Below are positions 45,317 through 55,199 of a stretch of DNA of 64,000 nucleotides, piece by piece. This stretch comes from an uncultured Gammaproteobacteria bacterium (GTDB taxonomy: Bacteria > Patescibacteriota > Patescibacteriia > Magasanikbacterales > GWA2-37-8): contig CAZWKA010000002.1 in NCBI GenBank assembly GCA_964634875.1, forward strand, positions 15,590-79,589, written 5' to 3'. The notes beneath the pieces are model-generated. The model did no database searches and had not been told where the DNA came from. It saw nothing but the letters and a program-made list of their open reading frames with translations. Each line of letters opens with the position of its first letter. Positions within the stretch are counted from its first letter, which is position 1. The position numbers and the translations under genes are program-made.

Positions 45317-46390
45317 TTATTTTTTGAGTTCTGCCTTGAAAAAATCAACAACCGGTATAGCCGTAGGGTCAACCCCCTCCAGAAGCGCAGAATAGTAACT
45401 GGCAAAGCTTGTTAATAAGAGTACTTCAAAAACTTGAGCTAAGGCATTTTTTTCCTGAGCGAGATAGTCAAAACACGCAATTTTACGCTGAGCCAAAATT
45501 TGCTTGCCCACTTCATAACGTTTTTGAACGCGCTTGTCGTAAAGCTTAGATTCAATAAAAATAAAAAGAAGGTTTTGTGGATTAGTTTTTGGATACAACA
45601 AACCTTCCATTAAGTGATGATTTAATTCCGGCACCACAAAATACCCACCAAACCTTTTGGCATTTTCATTCATTTGATTTGCACCAATATGCACGTTACC
45701 CGCCAAATGATCGCTCGCTGCATACCAAATTGTTTTACCAACCGTAGCAAGCGCCAGCCCCTTAGCATAATTATTTTGAACAGGGGTAGCGACTCCAAAC
45801 AAGGCTTGATACTTAGTAATTGTACTAGAAATTATTTTCAGCTCTTTATCACCAAACGTAATTAGACGGGCTGCTGCAAAAATAAGTAGCTGACCTACAA
45901 TCGAATACCCAAGCCCCATGCGGGGCGAAGCACAGGGATTATTTTCGGTTGAAAAAAGTAAGGCTGGAATTTTATTTTTTTCAGCCCAAACTTTAAGCAG
46001 ACCACCCGAAGAAATAGTTACGATTTTGGCCTTTTTGGCCAAAGCATCCTTGCTAGCTGCAATGGGTTCTTCGGTAGTTCCCGAATAACTCGAAACAATA
46101 ACTAGCGTACTCGTCGTTACAGAAGCAGGGACGTGATAACCATTAACAATATCAACAGGCACCGCTAAAGAATTAGCATACAGTGCTTTTATGACATGGG
46201 AACCCAAAGTTGATCCACCCATTCCCAGCACAACCACATTCTTAACGCCGGAATAAGCCTTCGGAAGAACAAAACGGTGGCCGGAAGTAATTTGTTCCAC
46301 CTGCTTACCCAACAACTCTAAGCTCCCAAGCATGTTTTGGGAATCTAATTTTTTAATTTTTTCAAGTGAGTCAAGAATTGCCTCATTCAT
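45317..46390 (-). CDS. Bifunctional phosphoglucose/phosphomannose isomerase (SIS-domain, archaeal-type PGI/PMI)
   Basis: Two SIS-like halves ('VVVLGMGGSTLGSHV', 'IVTISSGG'). About 357 aa, matching the PGI/PMI family size. It sits in the sugar-nucleotide cluster. Confidence 0.6.
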   Translation of the reverse strand: MNEAILDSLEKIKKLDSQNMLGSLELLGKQVEQITSGHRFVLPKAYSGVKNVVVLGMGGSTLGSHVIKALYANSLAVPVDIVNGYHVPASVTTSTLVIVSSYSGTTEEPIAASKDALAKKAKIVTISSGGLLKVWAEKNKIPALLFSTENNPCASPRMGLGYSIVGQLLIFAAARLITFGDKELKIISSTITKYQALFGVATPVQNNYAKGLALATVGKTIWYAASDHLAGNVHIGANQMNENAKRFGGYFVVPELNHHLMEGLLYPKTNPQNLLFIFIESKLYDKRVQKRYEVGKQILAQRKIACFDYLAQEKNALAQVFEVLLLTSFASYYSALLEGVDPTAIPVVDFFKAELKK

Positions 46391-46424
46391 AAGAAAATTT
46401 TAGGGGTAATATGTACCAGACTTG

Positions 46425-47264
46425 TTACTCTTTATACGCAGCATATTGCACCATTGCATCCCGCACCGCTTCATGGATTGGCCGCATGGAAATCCCAAAA
46501 GTACTCAAATTTTCCGACTGCAGGATGGTATTGGAGCGCTTTTTTTGGGCCAACCCTGTTGAAACTAATTCTTCGGCAGTTAGCCATTCATTTGTATGCC
46601 CAGGGTTGACGAGCTCTCGGTACAGCTCAAGAATTTCACGATGACTGATGCTGCCTGGATTAGTAACATGAAAAATACCGGAGGCGCGCGCCTGCAAAAG
46701 TTTATAGAAAACAGCGATCATATCTTCAACTACCGTAGCACTATTAAACACATCGGCGACTTTTGGATAGCGCGCTAATTTGTCAATTAAATTTTGAGGT
46801 GCCGGTATACAATCAATAGGCATGCGAATACGGGCAACACCAACATTTGGAAGTGTCGAGAGCACCAAGTCAGCAGCGTATTTTGCGCGAGTATACATTG
46901 CCGAGGGATTTGCCGGATCGCTTTCTTTCCAACCCTTTGGATCGGGAGCGTAACCATAATATATACAGCCCGTTCCCATGTGTAATAAATACACCGAGCG
47001 CTCCTGGCAAGCCTTGGCAATAATGATGGGTAAAAGCGTATTGCCTTCGATAGTTTCAAGCTGATGATCTTCACACCAGTCGACATTGGGTTTACCAACC
47101 ACTCCTGCGGCATTAAGGACTACCTGAGGAAGATGTTTGTCCAAAAGATGGAGGACATCCTCGACCGTCGTAATACGATCCTCTGCAACAACCGCTTCGT
47201 CTCCCCACACTTCAGCACACCGACGACCTAAGTATCCTTTTCCGCCAATAATTAAAATTTTCAT
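46425..47264 (-). CDS. rfbD: dTDP-4-dehydrorhamnose reductase
   Basis: 'MKILIIGGKGYLGRRC' Rossmann motif. RmlD_sub_bind-like ('YTRAKYAAD' YxxxK). Adjacent to rmlB. Confidence 0.75.
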   Translation of the reverse strand: MKILIIGGKGYLGRRCAEVWGDEAVVAEDRITTVEDVLHLLDKHLPQVVLNAAGVVGKPNVDWCEDHQLETIEGNTLLPIIIAKACQERSVYLLHMGTGCIYYGYAPDPKGWKESDPANPSAMYTRAKYAADLVLSTLPNVGVARIRMPIDCIPAPQNLIDKLARYPKVADVFNSATVVEDMIAVFYKLLQARASGIFHVTNPGSISHREILELYRELVNPGHTNEWLTAEELVSTGLAQKKRSNTILQSENLSTFGISMRPIHEAVRDAMVQYAAYKE

Positions 47265-47275
47265 AACAGAAATTT

Positions 47276-48280
47276 TTAAGACCTAAAACTTTCTTGGGCA
47301 GCGCGATCAACTACCGGACGACCCTCCTTCAGAGGCCGCCACCAGGCTTCATTATTTTTATACCATTCGACGGTCGTCGTGAGCCATTCGTCAAAGTCGG
47401 CTTCCGGTTTCCATCCTAGTTTTGCTACCTTACCACTATCAAGTGCGTAGCGGAAATCATGACCAAGACGGTCGGGTACATACTCAATCATACGCTCATC
47501 TTTGCCAAGTAATACCAAGATTTTTTTGGTTACCTCAAGGTTAGTCTCCTCATTTCCTCCAACGCAATAAGTCTCCCCTACAACCCCTTTTTCAAGCACC
47601 GTTTCGATTGCTCGGCAATGATCTTTGACATACAACCATGAACGAATATTTTCCCCTTTGCCCATCAGCGGCACTTTTTGACCGTCAATAAGATTAGTAA
47701 TAAAGCGAGGAATTAATTTTTCTGGGTCACACCAAGGACCAAAATTATTGGCACAGTTCGTTATAGTAACCGGAAGGGCGTAGGTAGAAAAATAACTTTT
47801 AACCAAGAGGTCGGAACCTGCTTTAGATGCAGCGTAAGGCGTACGCGGATGATACGGGGTCATTTCAGTAAAGGGCGGGTCGCCGGGAAGCAAATGACCA
47901 AACACTTCATCGGTGGAAACGTGATGGAAGCGCTGGATCTTATGTTTGAGAGCCGCTTGTAAGAGCACGCTTGTGCCCAGCACATTAGTGGTTACAAAAA
48001 TCTGCGGGTTAATAATTGAACGGTCAACGTGGCTTTCAGCTGCAAAATGAACAACCGTAGTGACGGTCGCCATAAGCTCGTTTACCAACGCAACATCAGT
48101 TATATCACCCTTAACAAAACGATACCGCGGGTTAGCCTGTACATCAGACAGATTTTCCAAATGACCAGCATAGGTAAGGGCATCGAGATTGGTAATTGTA
48201 TCTGCCGGGTGATTAAGTAACCAGTACCGAATAAAGTTTGACCCTATAAATCCGGCTCCACCAGTAACAAGGATATGCAT
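47276..48280 (-). CDS. rfbB: dTDP-glucose 4,6-dehydratase
   Basis: 'MHILVTGGAGFIGSNFIRYWL', 'YAASKAGSD' (YxxxK) and 'NNFGPWCDPEKLIP'. Confidence 0.88.
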   Translation of the reverse strand: MHILVTGGAGFIGSNFIRYWLLNHPADTITNLDALTYAGHLENLSDVQANPRYRFVKGDITDVALVNELMATVTTVVHFAAESHVDRSIINPQIFVTTNVLGTSVLLQAALKHKIQRFHHVSTDEVFGHLLPGDPPFTEMTPYHPRTPYAASKAGSDLLVKSYFSTYALPVTITNCANNFGPWCDPEKLIPRFITNLIDGQKVPLMGKGENIRSWLYVKDHCRAIETVLEKGVVGETYCVGGNEETNLEVTKKILVLLGKDERMIEYVPDRLGHDFRYALDSGKVAKLGWKPEADFDEWLTTTVEWYKNNEAWWRPLKEGRPVVDRAAQESFRS

Positions 48281-48283
48281 AGG

Positions 48284-49429
48284 CTATACATTATATTTTT
48301 TTGTAACCGAACTGTTTTTACTAATATTTGTTACAACGCCCATGGCAGCCATAAGGGTCATAAGTGACGATCCACCCTGGCTTATAAACGGAAGCGGCAC
48401 ACCAGTAAGCGGCAGCGCACCAACCATTGCTCCAATATTTAAAAAAGACTGCCACATAAACCAGACCATAACACCTACTACAACTACCCGCCCAGTTTCA
48501 TCCGGGGAGCCAGCGGCAATCTTCAAGCCCCGCCACCCGATAAGTAAAATAAGCACGACGAGTGCTGCAGAAATAATAAAACCAGTTTCCTCACCTACAA
48601 TCGCAAACACTGAATCCGTGTTTACTTCGGGTAAATACTGAAACTTCTGGCGCGACTGACCTAAACCCACCCCCCAAAGTCCGCCAGAACCAATCGCCAA
48701 AAAAGCTTGGTTAATTTGATAACCGACACCTTGAGGGTCAAGTTCAGGATGCAAAAAGGTCGTTAAACGTTGAATGCGGTATGGAGCCGCCAGTACCAGC
48801 AGAATGAAACAAGCTATCCCCGCGCCCCCTAAAACTGACAAGTATTTAAAGGGAACTTGCAGCAAATAAAGGATAACAAAAATAATCATGCCGATAATAG
48901 ACAGCGTACCTACATCACCAGTTAAGAGTATGGCTGGGCTCAGCGCCAAAAGAACTGGAACTAGCGTATTCTGCCAATCGTTCCAATCTCGACGGCGATC
49001 AGCAAGTAAATAGGCCAGAATAAGAATAACACCTAATTTTACTAATTCCGAGGGCTGGAAACTAAAACCGGCAATACGCAACCAGTTGCGCGAACCATTG
49101 ATTACCACCCCAATACCTGGAACAAACCTGAGACATAAGAGAAAAAGCGATAATCCGTACACTCCCCACGCCCATTTAATTGAGGTGCGATAATTAATTT
49201 TTGAAAAAAATAAAAAGAGGATGGTGCCTGGTAACAGACCCATGATGATTTGCCGTTTTACAAAGAAATAACTATCTTGGTATTTAAGATAGCCTAACGG
49301 AGCACTGGCAGAGGTAAGCGCGATCAATCCACAAACGATTAAAATACCAAGAAACAGGAGGAGCCGATAATCAGCCCGCCCAGCATGCGCCGTCTGCGGA
49401 GTAAAGGAGTTTCGAACCATACGTAGCAC
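48284..49429 (-). CDS. ftsW: SEDS-family peptidoglycan glycosyltransferase (FtsW/RodA)
   Basis: A 10-TM SEDS pattern, including 'GDVGTLSIIGMIIFVILYL' and 'PEVNTDSVFAIVGEETGF'. Confidence 0.85.
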   Translation of the reverse strand: MLRMVRNSFTPQTAHAGRADYRLLLFLGILIVCGLIALTSASAPLGYLKYQDSYFFVKRQIIMGLLPGTILFLFFSKINYRTSIKWAWGVYGLSLFLLCLRFVPGIGVVINGSRNWLRIAGFSFQPSELVKLGVILILAYLLADRRRDWNDWQNTLVPVLLALSPAILLTGDVGTLSIIGMIIFVILYLLQVPFKYLSVLGGAGIACFILLVLAAPYRIQRLTTFLHPELDPQGVGYQINQAFLAIGSGGLWGVGLGQSRQKFQYLPEVNTDSVFAIVGEETGFIISAALVVLILLIGWRGLKIAAGSPDETGRVVVVGVMVWFMWQSFLNIGAMVGALPLTGVPLPFISQGGSSLMTLMAAMGVVTNISKNSSVTKKYNV

Positions 49430-49437
49430 TATTCACA

Positions 49438-49791
49438 CTAAATATTCAAACCTACGATTAACACGATAGCATAAGCGATAAATATCTGGATTGGCAGGGT
49501 AAGCACAGAAACGATGTGGGCCAGGACTTTGTCGCTGCGGTACAAAAAAAAGGAAACAGTATAATTTACAATTACAATAGCAGTCGCAATTCCCGGCAAA
49601 TAGTACATCTTCTTCCAACTACCCGCGAGGTCAATACCAAAGATAATGTTGTAATGCAAAAAGATCTGGTTATCCGTTGGTGATATACGGGAAACAACGT
49701 ACCACCACAAAAATCCAAACATAAGTACTAGCAGGCCTAGCGGCAGCCAGATAAAGATATCCTTAAAATAGACCTTAAGGGCGTACAACAT
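49438..49791 (-). CDS. Small membrane protein (4 TM), hypothetical
   Basis: Highly hydrophobic, 117 aa, 8 nt upstream of ftsW/rodA. Confidence 0.4.
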   Translation of the reverse strand: MLYALKVYFKDIFIWLPLGLLVLMFGFLWWYVVSRISPTDNQIFLHYNIIFGIDLAGSWKKMYYLPGIATAIVIVNYTVSFFLYRSDKVLAHIVSVLTLPIQIFIAYAIVLIVGLNI

Positions 49792-49885
49792 ACTAAAAAA
49801 TCTCTAATTTAAGAGCTTTTTTCTAATTTTAAAGCAATAGTTTCAAGTTATTTTGTAGGGGGTAGCATACCAAATTAGCACTATC

Positions 49886-49915
49886 TTGACAATAATACCC
49901 TGCTTCAGGTATACT
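49886..49915 (+). promoter_or_regulatory. Sigma70-type promoter (TTGACA-18-TATACT) for rpmA
   Basis: 'cTTGACAataataccctgcttcaggTATACT', 34 nt upstream of the rpmA ATG. Confidence 0.55.
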
Positions 49916-49948
49916 CTACTTACTCACTTTTAGCTTTGTACTACTTCT

Positions 49949-50227
49949 ATGTCACATAAGAAAGCTGGTGGTTCTACAGACCTGGGACGCGATTCGCGGT
50001 CACAGCGCCTCGGAGTCAAGCTCCACCAAGGTCAAGCCGCCAAAACCGGCATGATCATTGTCCGCCAACGCGGTACCCGCATCCATCCTGGTAAAAATGT
50101 TAAAAAAGGAAGCGATGATACCTTGTTTGCTACCGCACCAGGCACCGTTGCCTTTTCTTCCCGAAAACGCCGCCGTTTTGATGGCAGCCTCAAGCTGAGC
50201 AAGTTTGTCAGCGTAGTAAGTAAATAA
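49949..50227 (+). CDS. rpmA: 50S ribosomal protein L27
   Basis: '[24 protein letters not shown]...[13 protein letters not shown]' is the L27 signature. It is monocistronic here (no rplU upstream). Confidence 0.92.
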   Translation: MSHKKAGGSTDLGRDSRSQRLGVKLHQGQAAKTGMIIVRQRGTRIHPGKNVKKGSDDTLFATAPGTVAFSSRKRRRFDGSLKLSKFVSVVSK

Positions 50228-50237
50228 TACTTTTTAA

Positions 50238-50266
50238 AAACAGGCTTATCTAAGCCTGTTTTTTTG
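50238..50266. terminator. Bidirectional intrinsic terminator (aaacaggcttatctaagcctgtttttttg)
   Basis: A perfect 10-bp stem with a 2-nt loop, an A-run upstream and T7 downstream. Confidence 0.75.
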
Positions 50267-50285
50267 TTTTAAAATGAAAAGCAAG

Positions 50286-51197
50286 CTAAAGCTCTAGTTG
50301 TTTTTTTAACTCAGTAACCCCGTCTCTAAAAAATACTGTAGGTTCCCAGCCAAGTAAACGCTTTGCCTTGCTATTATCGGCGTGCGTGTAGGGCATTTCA
50401 CCAGCAAGGGCTGGAGTAAAAACGACTTCCCCACCAATCAGTTCGGCAAGCTCGTTTACAGTGTGCGGATCACCATTGCCAATATTTATCACTTCCCCTT
50501 TCCCGACAGTTTCTTTAGTCATAGCTAGTATATTTGCAGCGACCACATCTTTGACATGCGTATAATCACGCTCCATAGTACCATCCCCTCGAACGGTAAG
50601 CGGTTTACCTTCTGAGCGAAGTTTGAGAAAACGTCCGATCACGAGTGCGTAGGCACCTTCTGGGTCGAAATAAGGGCCATAGACATTAAAATAACACAAC
50701 GCAACTGTTTCAAGACCATACAATTCTGAGAAAAGCCGACAGTATTCTTCACCAATTAATTTATGCAGGGCATAGGGACTCAATGGTTTTTTAAAAACCC
50801 CGTCTTCTTTAAATGGTCCTGGGGGTTGGATGCCGTAAGCAGCAGACGAAGTAGCAAAAACAACGCGTTTTACCCCCGCATTACGGGCGGCAATAAGTAC
50901 ATTGAGCGTCCCGTTTACATTAACATCGTGCGTTTCGATCGGATTTTCAACTGAAAAAAGGACGCGTGGTAAAGCAGCCAGGTGAAAAATGCCTTCTATA
51001 CCCTGGCAGGCTTCTTGAAGAACGGCCAGATCCCGAATATCTCCTTCAACATAGTTGGCAGTCTTCTGTAGGCGAGCTTCATTTTTCCCACCCGCATAAT
51101 TATCAAAGACGACCACTTCGTGCCCTTCAGCCAAGAGCCCTTTAACTAAATTTGTACCGATAAAACCAGCCCCTCCGGTTACTAAGTACTTGGCCAT
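50286..51197 (-). CDS. NAD-dependent nucleotide-sugar epimerase/dehydratase (GalE/UXS-like short-chain SDR)
   Basis: 'MAKYLVTGGAGFIGTNLVKGLL' and the YxxxK motif 'YALHKLIGE'. It lies next to ugd, so it probably acts on UDP-glucuronate (epimerase or decarboxylase). That assignment is an inference. Confidence 0.7.
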   Translation of the reverse strand: MAKYLVTGGAGFIGTNLVKGLLAEGHEVVVFDNYAGGKNEARLQKTANYVEGDIRDLAVLQEACQGIEGIFHLAALPRVLFSVENPIETHDVNVNGTLNVLIAARNAGVKRVVFATSSAAYGIQPPGPFKEDGVFKKPLSPYALHKLIGEEYCRLFSELYGLETVALCYFNVYGPYFDPEGAYALVIGRFLKLRSEGKPLTVRGDGTMERDYTHVKDVVAANILAMTKETVGKGEVINIGNGDPHTVNELAELIGGEVVFTPALAGEMPYTHADNSKAKRLLGWEPTVFFRDGVTELKKQLEL

Positions 51198-51218
51198 ATA
51201 AAAAATTTAACGTCAAAA

Positions 51219-52625
51219 TTATAACTCCCCTTTCATAAAAGGTGAACCAACCATGATAAGATCAAAGCCTTTTTTAATCAGGTCAGCAGCCTGGCTAATG
51301 AGCATCCGACGTCCATCCATAATCAGATAGGGTGCTGACGCGGTCTCCAAAAGGATGTTTCCCACAGCTTTGAACTGTATCCAATCTGTACAAATTATAG
51401 CAGCCTCTGTACCGGTGATTGCGTCTTGTTCTGAGCTGCAATAGGTTAAACGGCCGTAGAGCTCATTACGGTCAGGACGGAAATATTTTTTACATTCTTC
51501 CATGGCAGCTGGATCATAGATCTTAATTTCACTCACCCCTGCCCCCAGCAGCTGCTGAATAATGCCGATTGCACCAGAATTTCGGATATCATTCGTATCA
51601 TATTTAAAGGCAACGCCAAGAAGTGCGACTTTCTTCCCAACCCAATCAAAATGGGCTTCGGTTTCTGCACGCCCAAAGAAGTGGTCGCGTTGAAAGATAT
51701 TTGCTTCTAGTGTCGAACGGACCATGGTCGCGTGCGTACCCGCCTGTTCCAGCTGGTGCGCCAGTGAGCCAGCGTCTTTGATAAAGCAACTGCCACCGCA
51801 ATATAAACTGTCATAGAGACCCCATTTGCCTATACGCGGATCCGCAACGATTATTTTGCGCACTTGTTCATACGCTACGTTAGGAAAATACTCACAGGTT
51901 CGACCAATGACATCGTAGGTGGTAACAACTTTATTAAACAAAATATAGTTGGCAAGCAATTTAGAACACGCTGCCTCGTAGGGATTGACTTCAATATACG
52001 TAATTCCGGTTGCTTCATAAAAACGACGGTACACCTCGCGCATAATTTGAAAATCTTCTTCGGTGTGTGCACCAACAACTACTCGATCAGGATGAACGGA
52101 GTCTTGGATAGCCCGCCCTTCTACCAAAAATTCTGGATTAGCAACAATCCCAAAATTAGAAACACCCTGTTTAGTGAACAAGTCATTCGTATAATCAATC
52201 ATCCTGATTGGCACAGTACTTTTATTAACGACAACCAGGCGACGCTTTTGGGTTCCATTGTCACGCAGGGCAAGCAATGGTCCGATCATTGTAACCGCAT
52301 TTTCGTAATACGACAAATCTGATTCACCGGCCGCACCTTCTTTTTCAGGTGTTGGCAAACACATAAAAACCACATCAACTGTTGCAATAAAACTGGTCAA
52401 CTGGCCCACACTGGTTGTAAAGGTAATACGTTCGCGATTACGGATCAAGAGTTCGGGCAAACCCTGTTCATGAAGGGCTGACTGAACGATCTTGGGGTCG
52501 TTGCTTGATAATTTATCAATTTTAGCCTGGTCAATATCGTATACAAGCACCGTATGGCCAGAGTCAGCAGAAACAGCTGCAGAACAGGCACCAACGAAAC
52601 CGCCGCCAATGTAAAGAATTTTCAT
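51219..52625 (-). CDS. ugd: UDP-glucose 6-dehydrogenase
   Basis: 'MKILYIGGGFVGACSA' and the catalytic 'GGSCFIKD'. A three-domain UDPG_MGDP_dh architecture. Confidence 0.85.
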   Translation of the reverse strand: MKILYIGGGFVGACSAAVSADSGHTVLVYDIDQAKIDKLSSNDPKIVQSALHEQGLPELLIRNRERITFTTSVGQLTSFIATVDVVFMCLPTPEKEGAAGESDLSYYENAVTMIGPLLALRDNGTQKRRLVVVNKSTVPIRMIDYTNDLFTKQGVSNFGIVANPEFLVEGRAIQDSVHPDRVVVGAHTEEDFQIMREVYRRFYEATGITYIEVNPYEAACSKLLANYILFNKVVTTYDVIGRTCEYFPNVAYEQVRKIIVADPRIGKWGLYDSLYCGGSCFIKDAGSLAHQLEQAGTHATMVRSTLEANIFQRDHFFGRAETEAHFDWVGKKVALLGVAFKYDTNDIRNSGAIGIIQQLLGAGVSEIKIYDPAAMEECKKYFRPDRNELYGRLTYCSSEQDAITGTEAAIICTDWIQFKAVGNILLETASAPYLIMDGRRMLISQAADLIKKGFDLIMVGSPFMKGEL

Positions 52626-52628
52626 AGG

Positions 52629-53363
52629 TTAGCGTACATAATAAATAGTTCTATACTCAGGCTTATCAATTGGGATCACATCTTTACCTTCCAATATTTT
52701 CCAAAGCTTTTTTTCATCCTCTTTAGTTTGAAATTCAGGATATACTTTGAGTATCAAATTTTTGATATACGGGCTACCTTCAAGGACTTTTAGCTCAGCA
52801 CCGTGCGCACAAATTTTGACCAGGTCAAAATCACCATATTCTTTAAGCATAACCGAACGTACTGGTTGCCCCTTTTCAGCTATGGAACCACCAGTAGCTC
52901 CTGCATGGAGAGCAAAAAAAGTTTCGCCTGTATAATTACCCGCAACCGCTTCGATAACTTCTATGTTAGTTAGTTGGTTTATTTTAATATTTTCTCTAAT
53001 CTGTCGGCAGTTCAATAGATCAGGTTCAAAAATAAAGACCTTTGCTCCAGGGTTGGCCTTAGAAGCTAGTAGACCATAAATACCCGCATACCCACCCACA
53101 TCCGCTATTTTTTGCGACTTAACTGACAATCTTTTCCAAAGCAATAACGGTCCGCGCTCATAATTTTTAATAACGCTCCTTACCCACGCATGCTGATACG
53201 GGGAAATCGGCTTAAAAAGAATAGTTACACCGTCAACCGTATAGGGCAGAGGTTTTGCCCCAAAGAAAACATACCATTTAAAGGAAACAAAACTCTTTAA
53301 TTTTTTTCCAAAATATTTATAGGCCCAACCATAGTTCATTTTCCACAACGTGGACAGTTTCAT
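52629..53363 (-). CDS. FkbM-family SAM-dependent methyltransferase
   Basis: 'DVGGYAGIYGLL...VFIFEPDLLNCRQIRENI' (Methyltransf_21). Confidence 0.7.
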   Translation of the reverse strand: MKLSTLWKMNYGWAYKYFGKKLKSFVSFKWYVFFGAKPLPYTVDGVTILFKPISPYQHAWVRSVIKNYERGPLLLWKRLSVKSQKIADVGGYAGIYGLLASKANPGAKVFIFEPDLLNCRQIRENIKINQLTNIEVIEAVAGNYTGETFFALHAGATGGSIAEKGQPVRSVMLKEYGDFDLVKICAHGAELKVLEGSPYIKNLILKVYPEFQTKEDEKKLWKILEGKDVIPIDKPEYRTIYYVR

Positions 53364-53375
53364 AGCAGCACTACT

Positions 53376-55187
53376 TTAAGCATTAAGCTTGTTTTCATCA
53401 TTATGAATATTGTACGAACGCGAAAAATAAGAATTTTTATCCTTTAGAAGATTGCCCGGGGTACCTTCTTCCACAATTACCCCATTCTCTACAATAAACA
53501 AACGATCCGCTGAAACCACGGTTGAAAGGCGGTGGGCAATGACCACCACAGTAATGACGCCTCGCAAACGCTCAATTGACTGTTGGATTAAATTTTCAGA
53601 TTCATTATCAAGTCCGCTAGTTGCTTCGTCAAGGAGTAAAATAGCTGGCTCTCTTGCTAAAATACGGGCTAGCACAATACGTTGGCGCTGACCTCCGGAC
53701 AGAGTTACCCCCCTTTCACCAATAGTAGTTTCAAAACCTTGTGGAAGTTCCTTGATGAAATCATAGATATTAGCCGCTCGGGCAGCTGCTTCCACTTTCT
53801 CACGAGTAACTGCAGAGTTGTAAAAGCGAATATTATTCTCAACAGTTTCGTTAATCAGAGCGACTTCTTGTGAAACATATCCAATATTACTTCTCCACTC
53901 AGCAAGGGCAATAGAACTAATAGGCCGGCCATCGACCCGGACTGAACCTTTTTCAGGGTTAAGCAGCCGCAACAGCAGGTCAACAATAGTTGTTTTCCCT
54001 GAACCTGATGGACCAATCAGCCCAATGAGCTCACCTTTTTTGATAGTAAAATCAACACCTTTTAAGACTGGCGCTCCTTTTAGCGGGTAGGTAAAATGCA
54101 CCGAGTCAAAGACTACCTCTTTAGTAAAAGAAAATTTTTCGCCGACTCCATCAGCCTCAATATTCTTTTTAACCTCTTCTTGGTACGTAAGAACGCTACT
54201 CAAATAAGGAGCATAAGCGCTTACACCATGCAGCTGCGTTTGGAGAAGTTGAATATAGGAAAAAACCTTATTAATAGAAAAAACTATGACTGCAAAAGAA
54301 GCAAAACTGAATGTTGTTAGTTTATAGAAAAAAGCAAAAATTAATACAATAAAAATCAGACCAATAGGCTGCAGTAGGGCACCGCTAATATTGCGCATCA
54401 AAGCGACACGCACGTTAAAAAAACGAATATTTTCAAAATATTCCCCCGCTTTAGTTAAAACCTGGTTTTCTACCGCTGCTGCCTTTACAGTTTTCATTAC
54501 TACTAAATTTTCGTTTACAAAATGGGCTAATTTTTTAAAAATAACACCTACTTCCTTGGAAGCTTGTCTGGTTTTAAAAAATAGAGGCTTAAAAATAAAA
54601 AAGATGATTAAACCAGCAACAAAGGTGAGCAGTGCTATGAGTGGAGAAATATTAATTACTAAAACTATATAGACCAACAGATTAGCGGTTATGAGAATAA
54701 CATTCCCAACATAGGATAATAGCGAAGACGCATACGTAACATCAGTCGTCAATACTTGGTCAAGATGACCTAATTTTTGGTTTGCTAAAAAGGACCAGCT
54801 AGCCCGCAGCGTATCACCCAGCAAGACTGATCGGGTTTTTTTTTCGTAGTTTGAAGTAACTCGTGCAGCAATAAAATTGTTAAAAAAGAGAAGAGCTGCT
54901 TTAGCGATAAACAAACAGATTATAAAAACCAACAGATTACGCAGCGTGAATTCAACACTAAAAAAATTAAAGAGGTACCTAATGACTTTTGAAACTGTGT
55001 CACTTTCCCCCTCAACCCCTTTATTAATAAAAGAAAAAAGAGGGATGATGGCATTGATGCCAATACCCTCAAGCACACCGCTAATAAAACTTAAAGCTGC
55101 TAACACCAAAATGTATCGTCGGTAGACGCCAAATCCGCGACTGATCAAACTCCATACATCATTAATTCGGCTAAACGAATTCATCAT
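53376..55187 (-). CDS. ABC exporter, fused permease/ATPase (MsbA/PglK-like; putative lipid-linked glycan flippase)
   Basis: A 6-TM N-terminal domain. Walker A 'GPSGSGKTT'. Signature 'LSGGQRQRIVLARIL'. Walker B 'LLLDEATSGLD'. Confidence 0.8.
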   Translation of the reverse strand: MMNSFSRINDVWSLISRGFGVYRRYILVLAALSFISGVLEGIGINAIIPLFSFINKGVEGESDTVSKVIRYLFNFFSVEFTLRNLLVFIICLFIAKAALLFFNNFIAARVTSNYEKKTRSVLLGDTLRASWSFLANQKLGHLDQVLTTDVTYASSLLSYVGNVILITANLLVYIVLVINISPLIALLTFVAGLIIFFIFKPLFFKTRQASKEVGVIFKKLAHFVNENLVVMKTVKAAAVENQVLTKAGEYFENIRFFNVRVALMRNISGALLQPIGLIFIVLIFAFFYKLTTFSFASFAVIVFSINKVFSYIQLLQTQLHGVSAYAPYLSSVLTYQEEVKKNIEADGVGEKFSFTKEVVFDSVHFTYPLKGAPVLKGVDFTIKKGELIGLIGPSGSGKTTIVDLLLRLLNPEKGSVRVDGRPISSIALAEWRSNIGYVSQEVALINETVENNIRFYNSAVTREKVEAAARAANIYDFIKELPQGFETTIGERGVTLSGGQRQRIVLARILAREPAILLLDEATSGLDNESENLIQQSIERLRGVITVVVIAHRLSTVVSADRLFIVENGVIVEEGTPGNLLKDKNSYFSRSYNIHNDENKLNA

Positions 55188-55199
55188 GGGTAAAGAAAA